64,000 bases of DNA, from NCBI GenBank assembly GCA_907165135.1, contig OU015569.1, forward strand, positions 5,332,001 through 5,396,000, read 5' to 3'. The stretch's first letter is position 1; each line of letters begins with the position of its first letter. This stretch comes from Oikopleura dioica. Lineage: Eukaryota; Animalia; Chordata. Below are positions 49,669 through 62,754 of this stretch, piece after piece. The notes below the pieces were generated by a model. It did no database searches. It saw nothing but the letters and a program-made list of their open reading frames with translations, and was not told where the DNA came from. Position numbers and translations under genes: made by a program.

Positions 49669-52600
49669 ATGGATCATGGCGGCCCTAAAACGATCGAAAT
49701 ACCAATTCGAAACTCGGAGGAAGTTATCGAATTGGAATGCTCCAGTATTCCTGATGCTGGAGAGGTGCTCAACATTTTGAGCAATGAGGCCGCCCCCATG
49801 CGCGTCTGGCTCGAACTTGCTCTTGAATTCTGGCGCCAAGATCGTCGAGACGAATTTCAGCAAGTGTTGGAGGAGGCCCGCACGAAAGCAGGAAAGGACT
49901 ACATGGGCCACGAAAAGGATACAATGAGATGCCTCGATACTCTAGCAGCATACAACGTCATCTGTGGAAAGCAGGAAATCGACAAGGAAAAACAAACCAA
50001 GTTTTTCATGGAAGCTACAACTTTGTATACTCTCGCCGATAAAGTCATTATGTACGACCAAAGCCATCTCCTCGGGCGCGCCTGCTTCTGCCTCCTCGAT
50101 AAAGGCGATCAACTTGACCAGGCCGATAATCAGTTCAATTTCGTTCTCGATCAAGATCCCAACTCCATTCCAGCGCTCCTGGGAAAAGCCTGCATTGCCT
50201 TCAACAAACGCGACTTCAAAGGCGCACTTGGGCATTACAAAAAATGTCTGCGACTGAATCCTGGCTGTCCAGCTGATATTCGTCTCGGAATGGGTCTTTG
50301 CTTCTATCGAATGAACAAGCTTGGTAAAGCCGTCGATGCTTTCACACGGGCGCTTACAATCAACAAGAGATGCGTTGGAGCCCTTGTTGGTCTTGCCGTC
50401 ATCAACTTGAACCAAAGGGATATGACCTCTGTCAAAGATGCAATTACTCTCTTTTCTTCTGCATATAAAATCGACAAGAAGAACGCCTTGGTTCATATTC
50501 ATCTTGCGAACCATTTCTTTTTCCGAAACGCAATAGATAAAGCGCAGCAACTCGCATTTCACGCTTTGCATCACACCGAACATCAGCAAATTCGTGCGGA
50601 AGCGTGCTATCAGCTCGGCCGGTGCCATCATAAGAGTGGCGATTACGAACAAGCGTTTCGTTACTACAACCAAGCCGCGAACTTTTCAACGCCTAAGTAT
50701 GCACTGCCGTATTATTATCTCGGTTGCATGTATCTTCAACGCGGTTCTCCCTCTGACATTGAACAGGCAATCATTCTTTTCGAGAAGATCCTCAAGGAGT
50801 ACCCTAACGAGCATGACACTATGAAAGTTCTTGGTCACTTATACGCCGACTCGACTGATCCAGAAAAATGTGCCCTTGCAAAAACTCACCTAGAGAAAGT
50901 GGTTGCTAATAATCCAAAAGATTGGGAAGCGCTCATTGACTACGCTCAGGTGCTGGAGCAGTTCACTCCAGAGAAATCTCTTGAAACGTATCGAAAGGTG
51001 ATCGAACTGATGGAGTGCATGGGAGTTGATGTGCGTGCAGAAATCTACAATAATATTGGTACACTCCAAATGCGCCTTGGGAATCTCGAAGATGCTAAAA
51101 CGAATCTGCAGTATGCTGAAGATAAAATCAAGATACTTGTCGATGGTCCTGATTACATGTACTACAGGAGCCTTCATAATACAGTAAAGTATAACTCCGC
51201 TCGATTGATGGAAAAGATGTACAACTTCGACAAGGCGATCTGGCTCTACAAAGAAATCGTTAACAATAACCCCAAGTACATCGATGCTATTCTAAGACTA
51301 GGGTGTATGCATCGTGACAAGGGCCAAATCTTCGACGCTTCGGACTTGTTCAAGGAAGGCTTGAACATTGACCCAGAAAGTCCGGATGCCTGGAGCTTGA
51401 TTGGAAATCTCCACTTAGAAAAGGGAGAGTGGGGGACCGGACAGAAAAAGTTTGAAAGAATTCTGAAAGCTGAAAGGACGGCAAATGATGCGTATGCGAA
51501 TGTTGCGCTTGGAAATGTATGGCTCAATATGATACATGCACCAGCGAGGGATCAAATGAGACTCAAACGACATCAAGAAAGAGCGTTGACCTTGTACAAG
51601 AATGTATTGCGTCAGGATCCAAAGAACATCTACGCTGCCAACGGCCTTGGAGCTGTTCTCGCTCACAGAGGATATACCAGCGAAGGTAAGTTTAAGATGA
51701 GAAATATGTTTCGACTCACGGTTACTTTTAGCAAGAGACATTTTCTCACACGTCCGAGAGGCAACATCTGAAATGAAAGATGTGTGGTTCAATCTGGCGC
51801 ATATCTACGTTGAGCAGAAGCAATTTTCAAGTGCAATTCAGATGTACAAAAATGCGATGCGAACATTCAACTTGCAATCGGATCCTGGTAAGGTCCAGAC
51901 TTGAATAAAGAATAACGATTATTGAAGATTGCCTCACATATCTTGCCCGAGCACTGTTCAAGAACAATTTGATGGAAGAATGCAAGCAATGTCTCATAAA
52001 AGCAAGAAGGGTTGCGCCGCAGGATACTGTTGTTCTCTATAACTTGGCGTTGGTTATGCAACAGCTAGCCGAGAGAAAGCTCATCGCGTCTAAGAGCAAT
52101 CTCAAAGAGGTAATGACTTTATCGTTCTATTTATTTGCATTCACTTTACTATTTAGGTCGTTTGCGCTGTAAGAGATCTGGAATTGAGTGAGCGGTATTT
52201 CGAATGGCTCAGTGTTGCTGGAGACAAGCATAAATTCGCTTTGGTTGGGGCGAGCAATGAAGCACGCAAGTGCAAGGATATCCTTACTCAAGCTCATATC
52301 GTAAATAAAATAGTCTTCTTCAAAAACTAATTTTGTTCAGTACGTCAATCGAGCCAAATTAGCTGATGATGAGGAACGTGCTCATCGTGAACGAACTAAA
52401 GAAAGCGTCAATCAAGCGACGTTGAAAAGAAAGCAAAAGGAGCAAGAGAGAATCGCTGCGGCAGAAGCCAGACAGCGTGCGCTCGAAGTAAAACGAAACG
52501 AGTATCGAGAAAAAACTGGTGCCGTCTTGGAGAAAGTCTACAAGCCATCCGAAAAGTTCAAGGACAGCACGCCGAAACCGAAGGGCTCGAAAAGTAACTG

Positions 52601-53108
52601 GTTTTATTCAAAACGATATTTATTATAATTCAGAGCAACGTCGACGAAACGAAGGCGACGATGGTCTCATTAATGACAACGAATCTGATGCTGAGGCCGG
52701 ATCTGCCCTTCGAGGAAGAAAGAAGAAGAAGAAACAACGAGACTCGGATGATGAGCGACCAGCGCCATCGCGTTTCAATCCCAAGCACAAAAGTAGAGAA
52801 GTCATCGACGACGACTCGTCTTCCGACGAGGACTTCAACGCAAAGGTAGCAAAAGAATATGAAATAGAGATAACGTGATGATTAAGGCCCATGTACAACA
52901 GCAAGCGATGCTTTCGTCAAGCAGTGACGAGGAAGCCGGCCCACCAAAGCCACAGAAAGACACCTTGGCTAGTTCAAGCGATGAAGACGCCCCTCCAGCG
53001 CCATCGAACAAAACTGCCATGTTGGATAGTTCAAGTGATGAGGATATGAATTCCGATACGGAGAAGAAGAATACTAGCCGACCTGGATTGGATTCCGGTA
53101 ACCGCTAA
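49669..53108 (+). CDS. CTR9: PAF1 complex subunit CTR9 (TPR protein)
   Basis: [59 protein letters not shown]; acidic Ser-rich tail. Confidence 0.95.
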
Positions 53109-53314
53109 ATTCAATCTTATAATAATATATCATTTAAGATTCGGATTGATCCAGTTTGAATTATTGAATTATTTCCTTCTACAGTAGAAGTTCTACTATT
53201 ATTGACCTTTCTCTTTCCCTTTTCGCACTATTCTATTTACATGTGGGATTCACATAACTGCCTGAAAAATATATGCTCTTTGTAATCAACTTCATATTAT
53301 TTTTTTAGGTAAAG

Positions 53315-55323
53315 ATGGAAGTGATCGCTGACGGAGATCGAGCAGTTATTGGCCACGATGGAATATATAAAATCATGGTAGTGAAGAAGGGCAAACATGC
53401 CTCGTTTGCAAAGCATAAATTTTCATGGGACGCCTGCATTGGAAGTAGTTGGGGACATACCTGGCAAATACAACAAGGACATTTGGAGAAGCTAGATATT
53501 GCTGAGGCCTGTGGAGGTATCACACAGTTTTGATATGTACAATTTACTGTATCGATAAGAAAATGTCGTCTCGAAGGTCCTTGGGAATATTCAATCAGGA
53601 GCGGACAACCGAAACGCTGCAGATTTGTCGCAGAAGGGCCAGAACTTAGAAAGAGAGCGCATCATGGAGATGCGAGAAGAACAGAAGGGCGAAGAACTTA
53701 TTGAAAAGATCGCAAGAGGAAATGCCGATTTCGAAAGCAAGACACGATTTACCCAAGAGAAGTTTGTCAGGCACAAGCAGAAGAAGCACGGTGGACGAAT
53801 TGAGGTAAGAAGGAAGTTGTAGGTGCATCTTTTTGAATGATTTTATAGATCTTGAAGCCGTCAATGAAATTGATCGTGCATCAGAAACTCGCAACAGAAA
53901 GGACGAAAGGAGCTTACTTGGATGTACAGGAGTTCGCTACAATTATGGCGATGGCAAATATCCATGCAAATTCGAAAGTTCTGCTTGCTGACCACTCATC
54001 GTGTTTCATGACTGGAGCAATATTATGTAAGATGAAATTAAAAAACTTCACTTGAGGCAAATTTTCATAAAATTTTTTTTCGTGCTCAGAAGAAAGACCA
54101 GAAAATTCTGAGTCGAATGGGCTAGATTTGACCCGAAAATTTTGACTTTATGACGTCAAAAATTGCGTAACAAAGTCCAGATTAGGGCATTTTTGGTAAA
54201 CTTTTGGGGAACTTTTAAGGAGGTTTCCGTTGGACTTATTCGACGTTCTATAGCTCAAAAGAATCGCCGTCGAAAATTGAGGGGGGGTTTTAAAGGGTTT
54301 TGAAAAAAACCAAGAAAAAAATTTTGACCATTTTTCGACCGGTCGGTTTGAAGGTGTTTCTCTTGGAATTTTTCAAAATTCAGGAAAACCCCCCCTCAAT
54401 TTTCGACGGCGATTCTTTTGAGCCCAAGAACGCCGAAAAATTCCATCGGAAACCCCTTCAAAAGCTCCCCAAACGATTTTTAGGGAAAATGAGTCATAAT
54501 GACGTCATTTGATGGAATTATAGAGCCGGAAGTAGACCATTCGACTCAGAATTTCATCTTCTTTCAGATAAGCCAATAAAATATTTTTCAAAAAATTTTG
54601 CCTCAAGTCGACTTTTTTAATTTCATCTAAGGGATTTCTAGCGACAATTTAATTCAAATGAATAAATTCTGTAGCGAAATTGAATGGAGGAAGAGGGGAA
54701 CTCGTCTCAATTTTTCAAGGGCAGCTCGGCGATAGTCCTCCTCATGTACCCCTTCAAAATTATGACTTCCCAGATGAAGTGTGGGACAAGCTCTCTTATT
54801 ATCCTGCGAAAAATTTGGGGAAGGCTGTAATCAGCAAAGTTTTTTTACTACCAGAATTGAAGGATGAAGATGAAGAGCCCCAACCGAAGAAACAGAAAGT
54901 TGAAGAGGCAGAAGATAAAGGAAGGATTTCCCGACGTGAGAGGCAGGAGAAACGTCTCAAAAAATACTCCAGAGCGGCAGAACTACTAAAAGAACAGCTA
55001 GAATGTCTAGTGATTGCAGCGAAGCATCACCCACTGCCGTGGCTTTTTATGCTGCTCTCTTTTTTAAAACCTAGCTGCCCATTCGTTGTTTATTGTGATA
55101 AGAAGGAACCTCTTATGGGTAAGGAATGCAGCTTCAATTATTTAGTAAGAATCTCTTTTTAGAAATTTTCAACAAGCTTCACGAGAGTAAAAGGGCTGTT
55201 ATGTTGTCAATTAACAGCATTTTTGAACGAACTGTGCAAGTGTTGCCTAAAAGAACACACCCCGAAGTCCACATGCCTGGAAATCGCGGATATGTTCTTT
55301 ACGGAATTTCTGTACAGGCATAA
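53315..55323 (+). CDS. TRMT6: tRNA (adenine-58-N1)-methyltransferase non-catalytic subunit
   Basis: GADNRN, FESKTRFTQEKF..KKQKKH, FLKPSCPFVVY and QVLPKRTHPEV..GYVLYG motifs. Confidence 0.9.
54031..54627. mobile_element. 597-bp imperfect foldback MITE in a TRMT6 intron, TAA target duplication (PIF/Harbinger-like)
   Basis: GATGAAATTAAAAAA..CTTGAGGCAAA mirrored at the right end; near-perfect inner inverted block CTCAAAAGAATCGCCGTCGAAAATTGAGGGGGG; TAA on both flanks. Confidence 0.85.
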
Positions 55324-55373
55324 ACTTATCCTATCAGCTTCGCCCTAGCACTTAGTTCTTTTAAGATGAATAG

Positions 55374-57309
55374 ATGGACAATCAAGTCGAAAAGCAAAAT
55401 CCTCTTTTGTGTTTCCTGAAACTTCAGAAAATCAGGGGCAATGCTGAAGTCAAAATTAGAGGTGAATCTGAATAAGTCAGCCTTAGTTCTATAAGTAAAT
55501 CTAGCAAGAACGCCTCTGGAATACCCGCCAGACAAGATCAACATGGCAAAGAAATATTGTTTCCCCTTTGACGACAAAACTGGAGTTCAGTATCTGCCGA
55601 AGAAAGAGACGTTTACTTTTATAATGACTGATATATCTGGTGCGCATATTTTTGGGTATTGCTTGCTAGACAACTCAAATCCAGACTCGTGTATTGTTTA
55701 TTGCATTCTAAGGTATCGATTCAAAGTCAACGTCTTGGCTCATTCTGTTTAGTTCGCTGTCTTGGCGATCTTCATTCTACGACATTTTGCGGTTCATTGA
55801 AAGTCAGAATAGCAATCCCAGTGTCCAAGCGCAAATTCTACAAATTTTGAAAACTTCAAATATTCCGACGGCGGAATGCCCACTCGAAGTGATTCCAAAC
55901 CGCATTATACTCAAGCCACCAGAAACCATGTTTCCAGATATCTTCGGCAATGTTTCTACAATGGTGCTACGCTCGTCCCTTACACCCAGACTAGTGATAG
56001 AAATTTGGGTGGCGTTGCTTTTCGAGCGGCGGGTGATCTTCAAAAGTACGAGTTTGTCCACTCTGACGGATACCACTTCTGCGCTCGAAGAGTTACTTTA
56101 TCCTTTCAAAGTAAACCCATCTCCTTTTCCCAAATTTAACAGAGTAATTAAGTGGACAGGAATCTATATCATGCCACTGCCGGAAGATCTAATGGATTAC
56201 GCTAGTGCACCGACTCCATATATGATAGGCGTGCACTCGTCGCTTTATCAATCTCTGCTGGATAAAGTCGGCTCTTCTATTGTAGAAGATGGCGTCTGTG
56301 TGCTAGACCTTGACCAGCAAGCGTTCTACTCCATCGAGAAGGATAGAGACCTTGAGCTTATCCCGAAGAAGTTCATGAAAGAGCTTGAGAAAACTTTCAA
56401 ATCTTGGGAGCAGTTTACTGGAAATGAGATACAAAGTGCTTTTCTGACGCTTCAAGCTAGGCTTTTGTACTACTACCGCCAAGGATTCCAGATCAAAGAT
56501 GACAAGATTGTATATTCGAAGGATTTGTTTGTAGCTGCGCACAATGATAAATCTCACCGGTAAGCTATGACTCTTTTTACTCTCAATTTATGAATTAATT
56601 CAGTTCTTTTGCAGAGGCGATCATCGGCGTCCAAATGTTTGAGCAATTCAGCCAGCAGCGACTTGACGAAGTCAACACTAAAAACACATCGAAACGGAAC
56701 GCTCTCGATGAGCGAATTGCATCACTAGAAGATCTAGGATTGAAAATGCCCGACTTCAAGCAGCTTGGTCAGAACAGCCAGAGCATGGTGAACAAGCTCT
56801 TTGATAAGACTATGTCAAAAACGAAACAGATCGTGTCAGAAACACCTAGACGGGTTGGCAGTATTAAAGGACCCATGTCGAACCGAACACCACGAGTTGT
56901 CCAAGCTGAGGTTTGTCAATAATTGTTAACCTAGCTCTATAATTTTATCTAGGAGCTTGTGTTCGACTTTTCTCCAACAGACGCCGCGGCAGAACAAGTC
57001 AAACCACAAAAGCCAAGCAGACCACCACCTCCTGCGCCCGCAACTCTTACAAATACGAATCCGGTTCCTACAAAACCAGAACGCAATAACGTGCCAATGC
57101 ATATTCCCAGCTTAATCGACTTCGATAACCTTCATATTTCACAAAATCATAATTCTGCTGCACAGCCCCCAGTTCCAGCACCGAGAACGCAAATGACGAC
57201 GTGCCAGACAAACTCGTAAGCTGAAACTTCGTCAAACTGACTTCTAAGTGTAGTATTCAGATCTTCAAGCAACCGCCACGATTTATCGGAATTCGATCCT
57301 TTAGCCTAA
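55374..57309 (+). CDS. DENN-domain Rab GEF (DENND1/connecdenn-like)
   Basis: YCFPFD, FTFIMTDISGAHIFGYC, LLFERRVIF, YASAPTPYMIGVH, QMFEQF; Pro-rich tail ending EFDPLA. Confidence 0.85.
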
Positions 57310-57927
57310 AAAGTTCCCATCCCCTTTTCCCTTTTGTTTTTACTATTCTTCTTTTGCAATTATATTCTTGCTTTACCTGATGCAACCACCTATCATTGAA
57401 CTTCATTCAAGATAACTTCATTTTCTGATCATTCAAAGTATACACTTTCTTTTGCCAGTGGAAATAAATTTTACAAATGACCGCAGTTGAAGTTGTTCGC
57501 ATTACTTCCATGAAAATCAATTATCTACGATTTTCGAGGCGCAAGGAGCAGAATGCCTTTCATCACTTAAAAATGTCTTGCATGCGTCCAGATTTACAGA
57601 GAAAAAAATCGAGAGCAGCGCTGTATTCAAATGAGGAAACCTGCATGTCCGAAAAAGTAAGATGATTACAATAAGTGGTCTTACAGGGTTAAATTCCGAA
57701 TCGTCAAGTCTTTTAAAGTCAGGCTTTAAAAGTTAGAAAAATCTATCCTTTTGTCGTATGTGAGCGTTTATAAGACCAGTCTATTTAACAAGTCATAATA
57801 TTTCTTTCTCTACGCCTCTGCATCATCGTACATTGCAATGAGTCAATAAAGCTGATTAAGTACACAAAGCAAGAACCAAAAAGATTTTTACCTACTTTTG
57901 AATATGAGCATTAAGAGTGGCAAGGCG

Positions 57928-59826
57928 ATGGCGAAGGCTCTAAAAAAGATGGGTAAGCTGACATTACCGAGAGAGAAGAAAAAAGATAAGAAAGCACCGA
58001 CGATAGAAGGAGATGATTACTGGGATGAAAAGCCTAAATGGAATCATGTCTTTGACGAGGATCCTAACGATACAAGTCAATCTGATTTTATCTGCACTGA
58101 AAGCGATCCAATGGAAAAAGTTCATCAGAGACCTGTAGCCCAATCTGCACGAACTGTGGCCCAGTCAGCAAGAAAGAGACCACAAGGAGCGGATGCAGCT
58201 CAATCTAATCACGTAATAAAATTGATTTCACCCTTTTTTCAAATCGAAGGATCTTGTATACATCGTAGTTAAAAATTTTTACTTAAAATGGAGACGATAA
58301 CTCGTGAAAAGTAGCGAAAATAACAATAACAACATAAGCAATATGTAAACATAATTGAAGAAGTTCTTTAATCTAAATTCTCATTTAAAAACTTGTTTTA
58401 TTAGGGAATGACCAGCACTAACCGCCTAACATTACCAAGAGGATCCTCTCCACATGCCTCACCGGAAAGCAAAGCTGAAGTTGCGCGACTCGAAGCAGAG
58501 GTGAGCAGACTGAAGTTGCTCTTGCGAGACAAGTCCTCGGGTGCCAAAGCTCTTTCCGTCGACGCGACGGCTCGTGCATTTATGCTAGAGGACTCATCGT
58601 CATATCCCACATTAGAGCCGTTCACGTCGAGAAAGGAGAAATTCGCACTGTTAGATAAAGGTACTCGCATTCAATTAGTAGTAATCTTGACCTGGCAGCG
58701 ATCGAGAACTACGATGGAGCAGCTATGACTCGCATCGTCATTTGGATCAAGCACAGTCTTGGCCGAGACGAGTCTTACCTCAATGAGCTTCGAGCGCGGC
58801 CTGATGCAATGAACCACTACATATCGTATTTGCGCGAGATGAAGGAGTTCGACGAGCTATCCGACTTGCTGGGTATCTTAAATCGCCCTGAAGAGGAGGC
58901 CTTTCTCGATTATCAGCGCAAGCTTGAACAAAGCCGACCTGGCAAGATGCGCGCCGAAAAACTCAAAGTAATCTAAAGGTTATAAAGAACGTGGTTGTAA
59001 TAAAACTTCAGGACACGCTAAAATTCCAGTTTCAATCTCAGCGCGAACTGCAAGTTGAATCTGAATTGATTGACGAGCAAATCCGCCTGATCGAAAAACA
59101 ACTTGTCATTGCCGAAAAGGACAAGTCAAATAAGATGATCCCAGCCGAGGCACAACTCAAAGTTGACGACACTTTATGTAACCGACTTCAAATTATATTG
59201 CTTTATTTCTTGAATACATTAGGTTCTACGCTCTGGTATGCGAATATGTATAGTGCTGGCGATAAGAACACCCTTTCGTCTCCCGACACACTGGCTGCTG
59301 ATTTTAACGTCAGAGACGCAGGTTCGTACCATACTAAAGCAAAGTGAATTTCCTAAATAAATCACTAGAAAAAGATTGGATAGCGTTGACGGCTCTAGCC
59401 AAACAGCAGAACTGGGATCAGATTGAGCTCTTGGTCCGTAAGTCTGGAGGACTTCTAGGCTCCTTCTCCACGGGCCCGAAATATCAGACATCCATCAAGC
59501 TACCTAACTTGGTGAACCTCTGTGGTCAAAACGAAATGCCTATAGATAGGCTGAGAAAGTTCATTGTTGCGATTGAGGATATCGATGATAGAAAACAAGC
59601 TGCGAAAAAGTGGAATGACCATACTACTGCTCTTGAGGTAGTTAAAAGCTGCAGCGAATCTATTCATTGGTCGGTTTTCCTTACGCGTATTTTATAGTGT
59701 TTTAAAAAGACAAAAGACATCGACGGATTAAAACGTCACTTTTCTACAATTCCGCCTTCTGAGGAGACAAAAGCAATACGGCTGCGAATAGAAGCTGCCA
59801 TGAGAGATCCAAGCAGTTGGAGTTGA
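57928..59826 (+). CDS. VIPAS39: VPS33B-interacting protein (SPE-39/VIPAR)
   Basis: LEPFTSRKEKFALLD, YDGAAMTRIVIWIKHSL, LRARPDAMNHYISYLRE and WIALTALAK motifs. Confidence 0.8.
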
Positions 59827-60129
59827 TTCCCCTCTACTCCGATTAAAAATTCTCAACCTTAACTCATTAAACTTTCTTCAAATAAATGTTCTGCCCTATT
59901 CAAGCATGACGATTTAATCTGAAAGATCTGATAATTCCGATGATATCCAGTGCTATCGGAGCTGTTTTGAAAATATCGATCGTATTAAAAATGATAGCTC
60001 TTGTGACACACGGATAGCTTTTGGAAAAAAGTTGTCTCTTGCCTACGCCGAATCGTGTCTTGGCTCTTTTCGTACCGGATTCACTTCCAAAGAGCGCCTA
60101 TTTGTTAACTAAGTGATTTTATTTTCAGA

Positions 60130-60850
60130 ATGGCAAAGGAAGTACCAGCTCAAACCGAATGGGCTATCCGAAAGGATAAGGTCCACTTGACCTTTCAGGT
60201 GAATCGAGGGAGCTTTATTTAGTCCAAGCTTCAGCTATTTATAGCGGTAATCGTTTTAATCGATAAAAATAGGTTCGCGATGCCAAGAACGAACAGGTCG
60301 TATTCGAAAAAAACCGAATGACCTTCAGGAGTGTCGCTGAAGAAGAAAACAAAGAGAAGCACTACTGCAATGAGATCGAACTTTTCGGCGCGATCGACCC
60401 TGACGTAAGAATGCTTATCGCTCCCGTCCATCGCCAATGCCTTTGTCATTTTAGCAATCCAGATACGTAAACACCGGCCGGGTTGTCCGTTGCGTGATGA
60501 CCCGCGCAGAAGAGGGCGAGTACTGGCCTCGATTGACCAAAGAGAAAATTCGAATTCACTGGCTCAAAGTTGACTTTGGTCGATGGAAGGTAAGAGGTCA
60601 AGTTAACTTGTTAGGATTTGGAAAAAATTATCTTATATAAAAAGTAATCCGGTGGTGCAACTTTATTCTACATTTTTAGGATGAGGACGATTCCGATGAC
60701 GAGGATAAGGCTGGTGCCGATTTTGAGCTGAATGACATGCTCTCGGGATTACGCGTTGATAAGGACGGCAACAAACAGTCTATGACTGACTTTGATGACC
60801 TCGACGACGATTCCGACGATGGCGAGATTGACGGCATCGAGGATTACTGA
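60130..60850 (+). CDS. PTGES3: p23 co-chaperone / prostaglandin E synthase 3
   Basis: YWPRLTKEK..HWLKVDFGRWKDEDDSDDE; acidic tail. Confidence 0.9.
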
Positions 60851-61508
60851 AGATTGTTCGCTTACTGACGTGTTTTGTAGGAGAGAGACTTGCTAAAATT
60901 ATTTACACTGTACATTTGATAGATCGGTCTACTTGTAACCGAACCTATATTAGGACCTGGATTTACTTCATCTGCCTTTACATGAAATTCCCATTATAGT
61001 CAAAACACTGCTCCCAACGCCGTTTACTGGTCAAATTATTACTGAACGTCTGATTATTAAACGCGTCCTTGTGGGGCCTCTCTCTCCCCCATTTCGCTCA
61101 GGTCGATTTCGTATTTATAAAATTGAACTTGCTATTTATGTCTTGCTATCTGAGCCTTTACCTTTCGAACCCTGCTTCGTCACCATTGCCAATTCTTGGT
61201 ACGCTTCGGCAGCAAGAGAAGGTTTTTTTTACTAAATACGGATCCCGCCCTAGTAAGAATTTAATTGAGCTAGAATTTTCGACATTATTGGGTGCTGAAG
61301 CTGTATCTACGCTTAACCGCTCGTGTCCACACGGTCTAGTGGTTAAACTGGACGACCTCAGTCAAAAATAAACCAAAAATTATTTTCAGCCAGAAAATTA
61401 CAACTTTTCGTCAATGGACGTAAACTCGAACTCCTCTTTCAGTTTGTCATTTTTCGGGTAACCGGCCGAGCCACTCTTCGCTAATTCACCCTTTTTAGAG
61501 AGTCACGC

Positions 61509-62009
61509 ATGTTGATCCAGCTAAACGAAGTACCCAACGCTGGGTATGTTTATTTGGCGGTGGTATACACTGTACTCATGAACTTCTACCTTTCTCATAA
61601 CGTGATGAAAGCAAGAAAGAAGTTTGATGTCAAGTATCCCACGATGTACTCCAGCGATGACCGCTTCAACTGCTATCAGGTAACTATAAAGTTATTTAAC
61701 GTTCTGAAAACGTCTCTCAGCGCGCTCATCAAAACACTCTTGAGTACATCCCGTATGTTATAATCCTGTTCATCCCTTGCGCCATCGCCTGGCCCTTGTT
61801 TGCTAGTATCTGCCAGGCGATCTGGGTCACCTCTAGGTAATCTCTCTTGTGAAATGCATTCTTTATATGAGACTAGATTCGTTTACGCCCATGGTTACTA
61901 CACTGGCGATCCGGAAAAGCGTATGCGGGGCGTTTTCGGCTACATCGGTTTCCTTGGCATGCTACTTTACAACATCTGGATCGCCATCAAGCTCATCTTT
62001 GGTCTGTAA
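61509..62009 (+). CDS. MGST3: Microsomal glutathione S-transferase 3 (MAPEG)
   Basis: [45 protein letters not shown]. Confidence 0.92.
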
Positions 62010-62126
62010 ATGGCCGACTATCTATAATTCCTTCTCTAATTCCCCTGACTGATTCATTCTTCATCCGACAATCAATTCCTGATCTATTCCACTTCTGACT
62101 TTTTCTATACTTTAAGAAAAGTTGAA

Positions 62127-62600
62127 ATGAGCACTGAGAAGCCGATCAAGAGAATTCCAGTTCGAAAAGCCCAGGATTTGCCAAGTGATTGCAGTGGAAC
62201 TCCAGGTCAGAATATTTTTAGCTAGTTGTGGTTAAAAATACCCACTCTTAGGCGGGACAATCTATGGAACGACCCCTGGAGGCACGAAAATCATTTATGA
62301 TCGCCTTTATCTCCTTCGAATGCGGGATCACGTCGTGTCGCAGGTAACGGAAGCATCTTAACGTATTTAAAACAAAGCTACAAGACACCTCCACGAGACA
62401 TGCCAAACATTCCTGGAGTAACGTGCGTCGAGTCCTTCGTTTCTGATTCCACAACAAACAACGCTTGCGAACATGGAAGAGTCGAAGACAACAAAAATGG
62501 TTCATATTTTTTATAACTAAAATTGATCTATCTTGCAGCCATAGACGAAGGTCCTGAGGACAACCTCAAAAATCAATATCCGGACGAATTGGAACTCTAA
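62127..62600 (+). CDS. EIF4EBP: eIF4E-binding protein
   Basis: [24 protein letters not shown] (YxxxxL-phi motif), then TPPRDMPNIPGVT; four exons. Confidence 0.9.
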
Positions 62601-62754
62601 ATTCTCTTCAACCTTTCTAAAGCCGCAGTCACGGTAGCACAGTAATATGCTCGTTTACTATGTTTTCTTCACTGTTCAAATCACTGTCATTCAACCTCCA
62701 AAGTTAAATAAATAATTTCGATGAAATTCGAAGTGATTGTGATGTATTTGCAGT

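Noticed and set aside
61325-61360. tRNA D-arm-like string GGTCTAGTGGTTAA
   Set aside because: No B-box, anticodon arm or acceptor stem follows.
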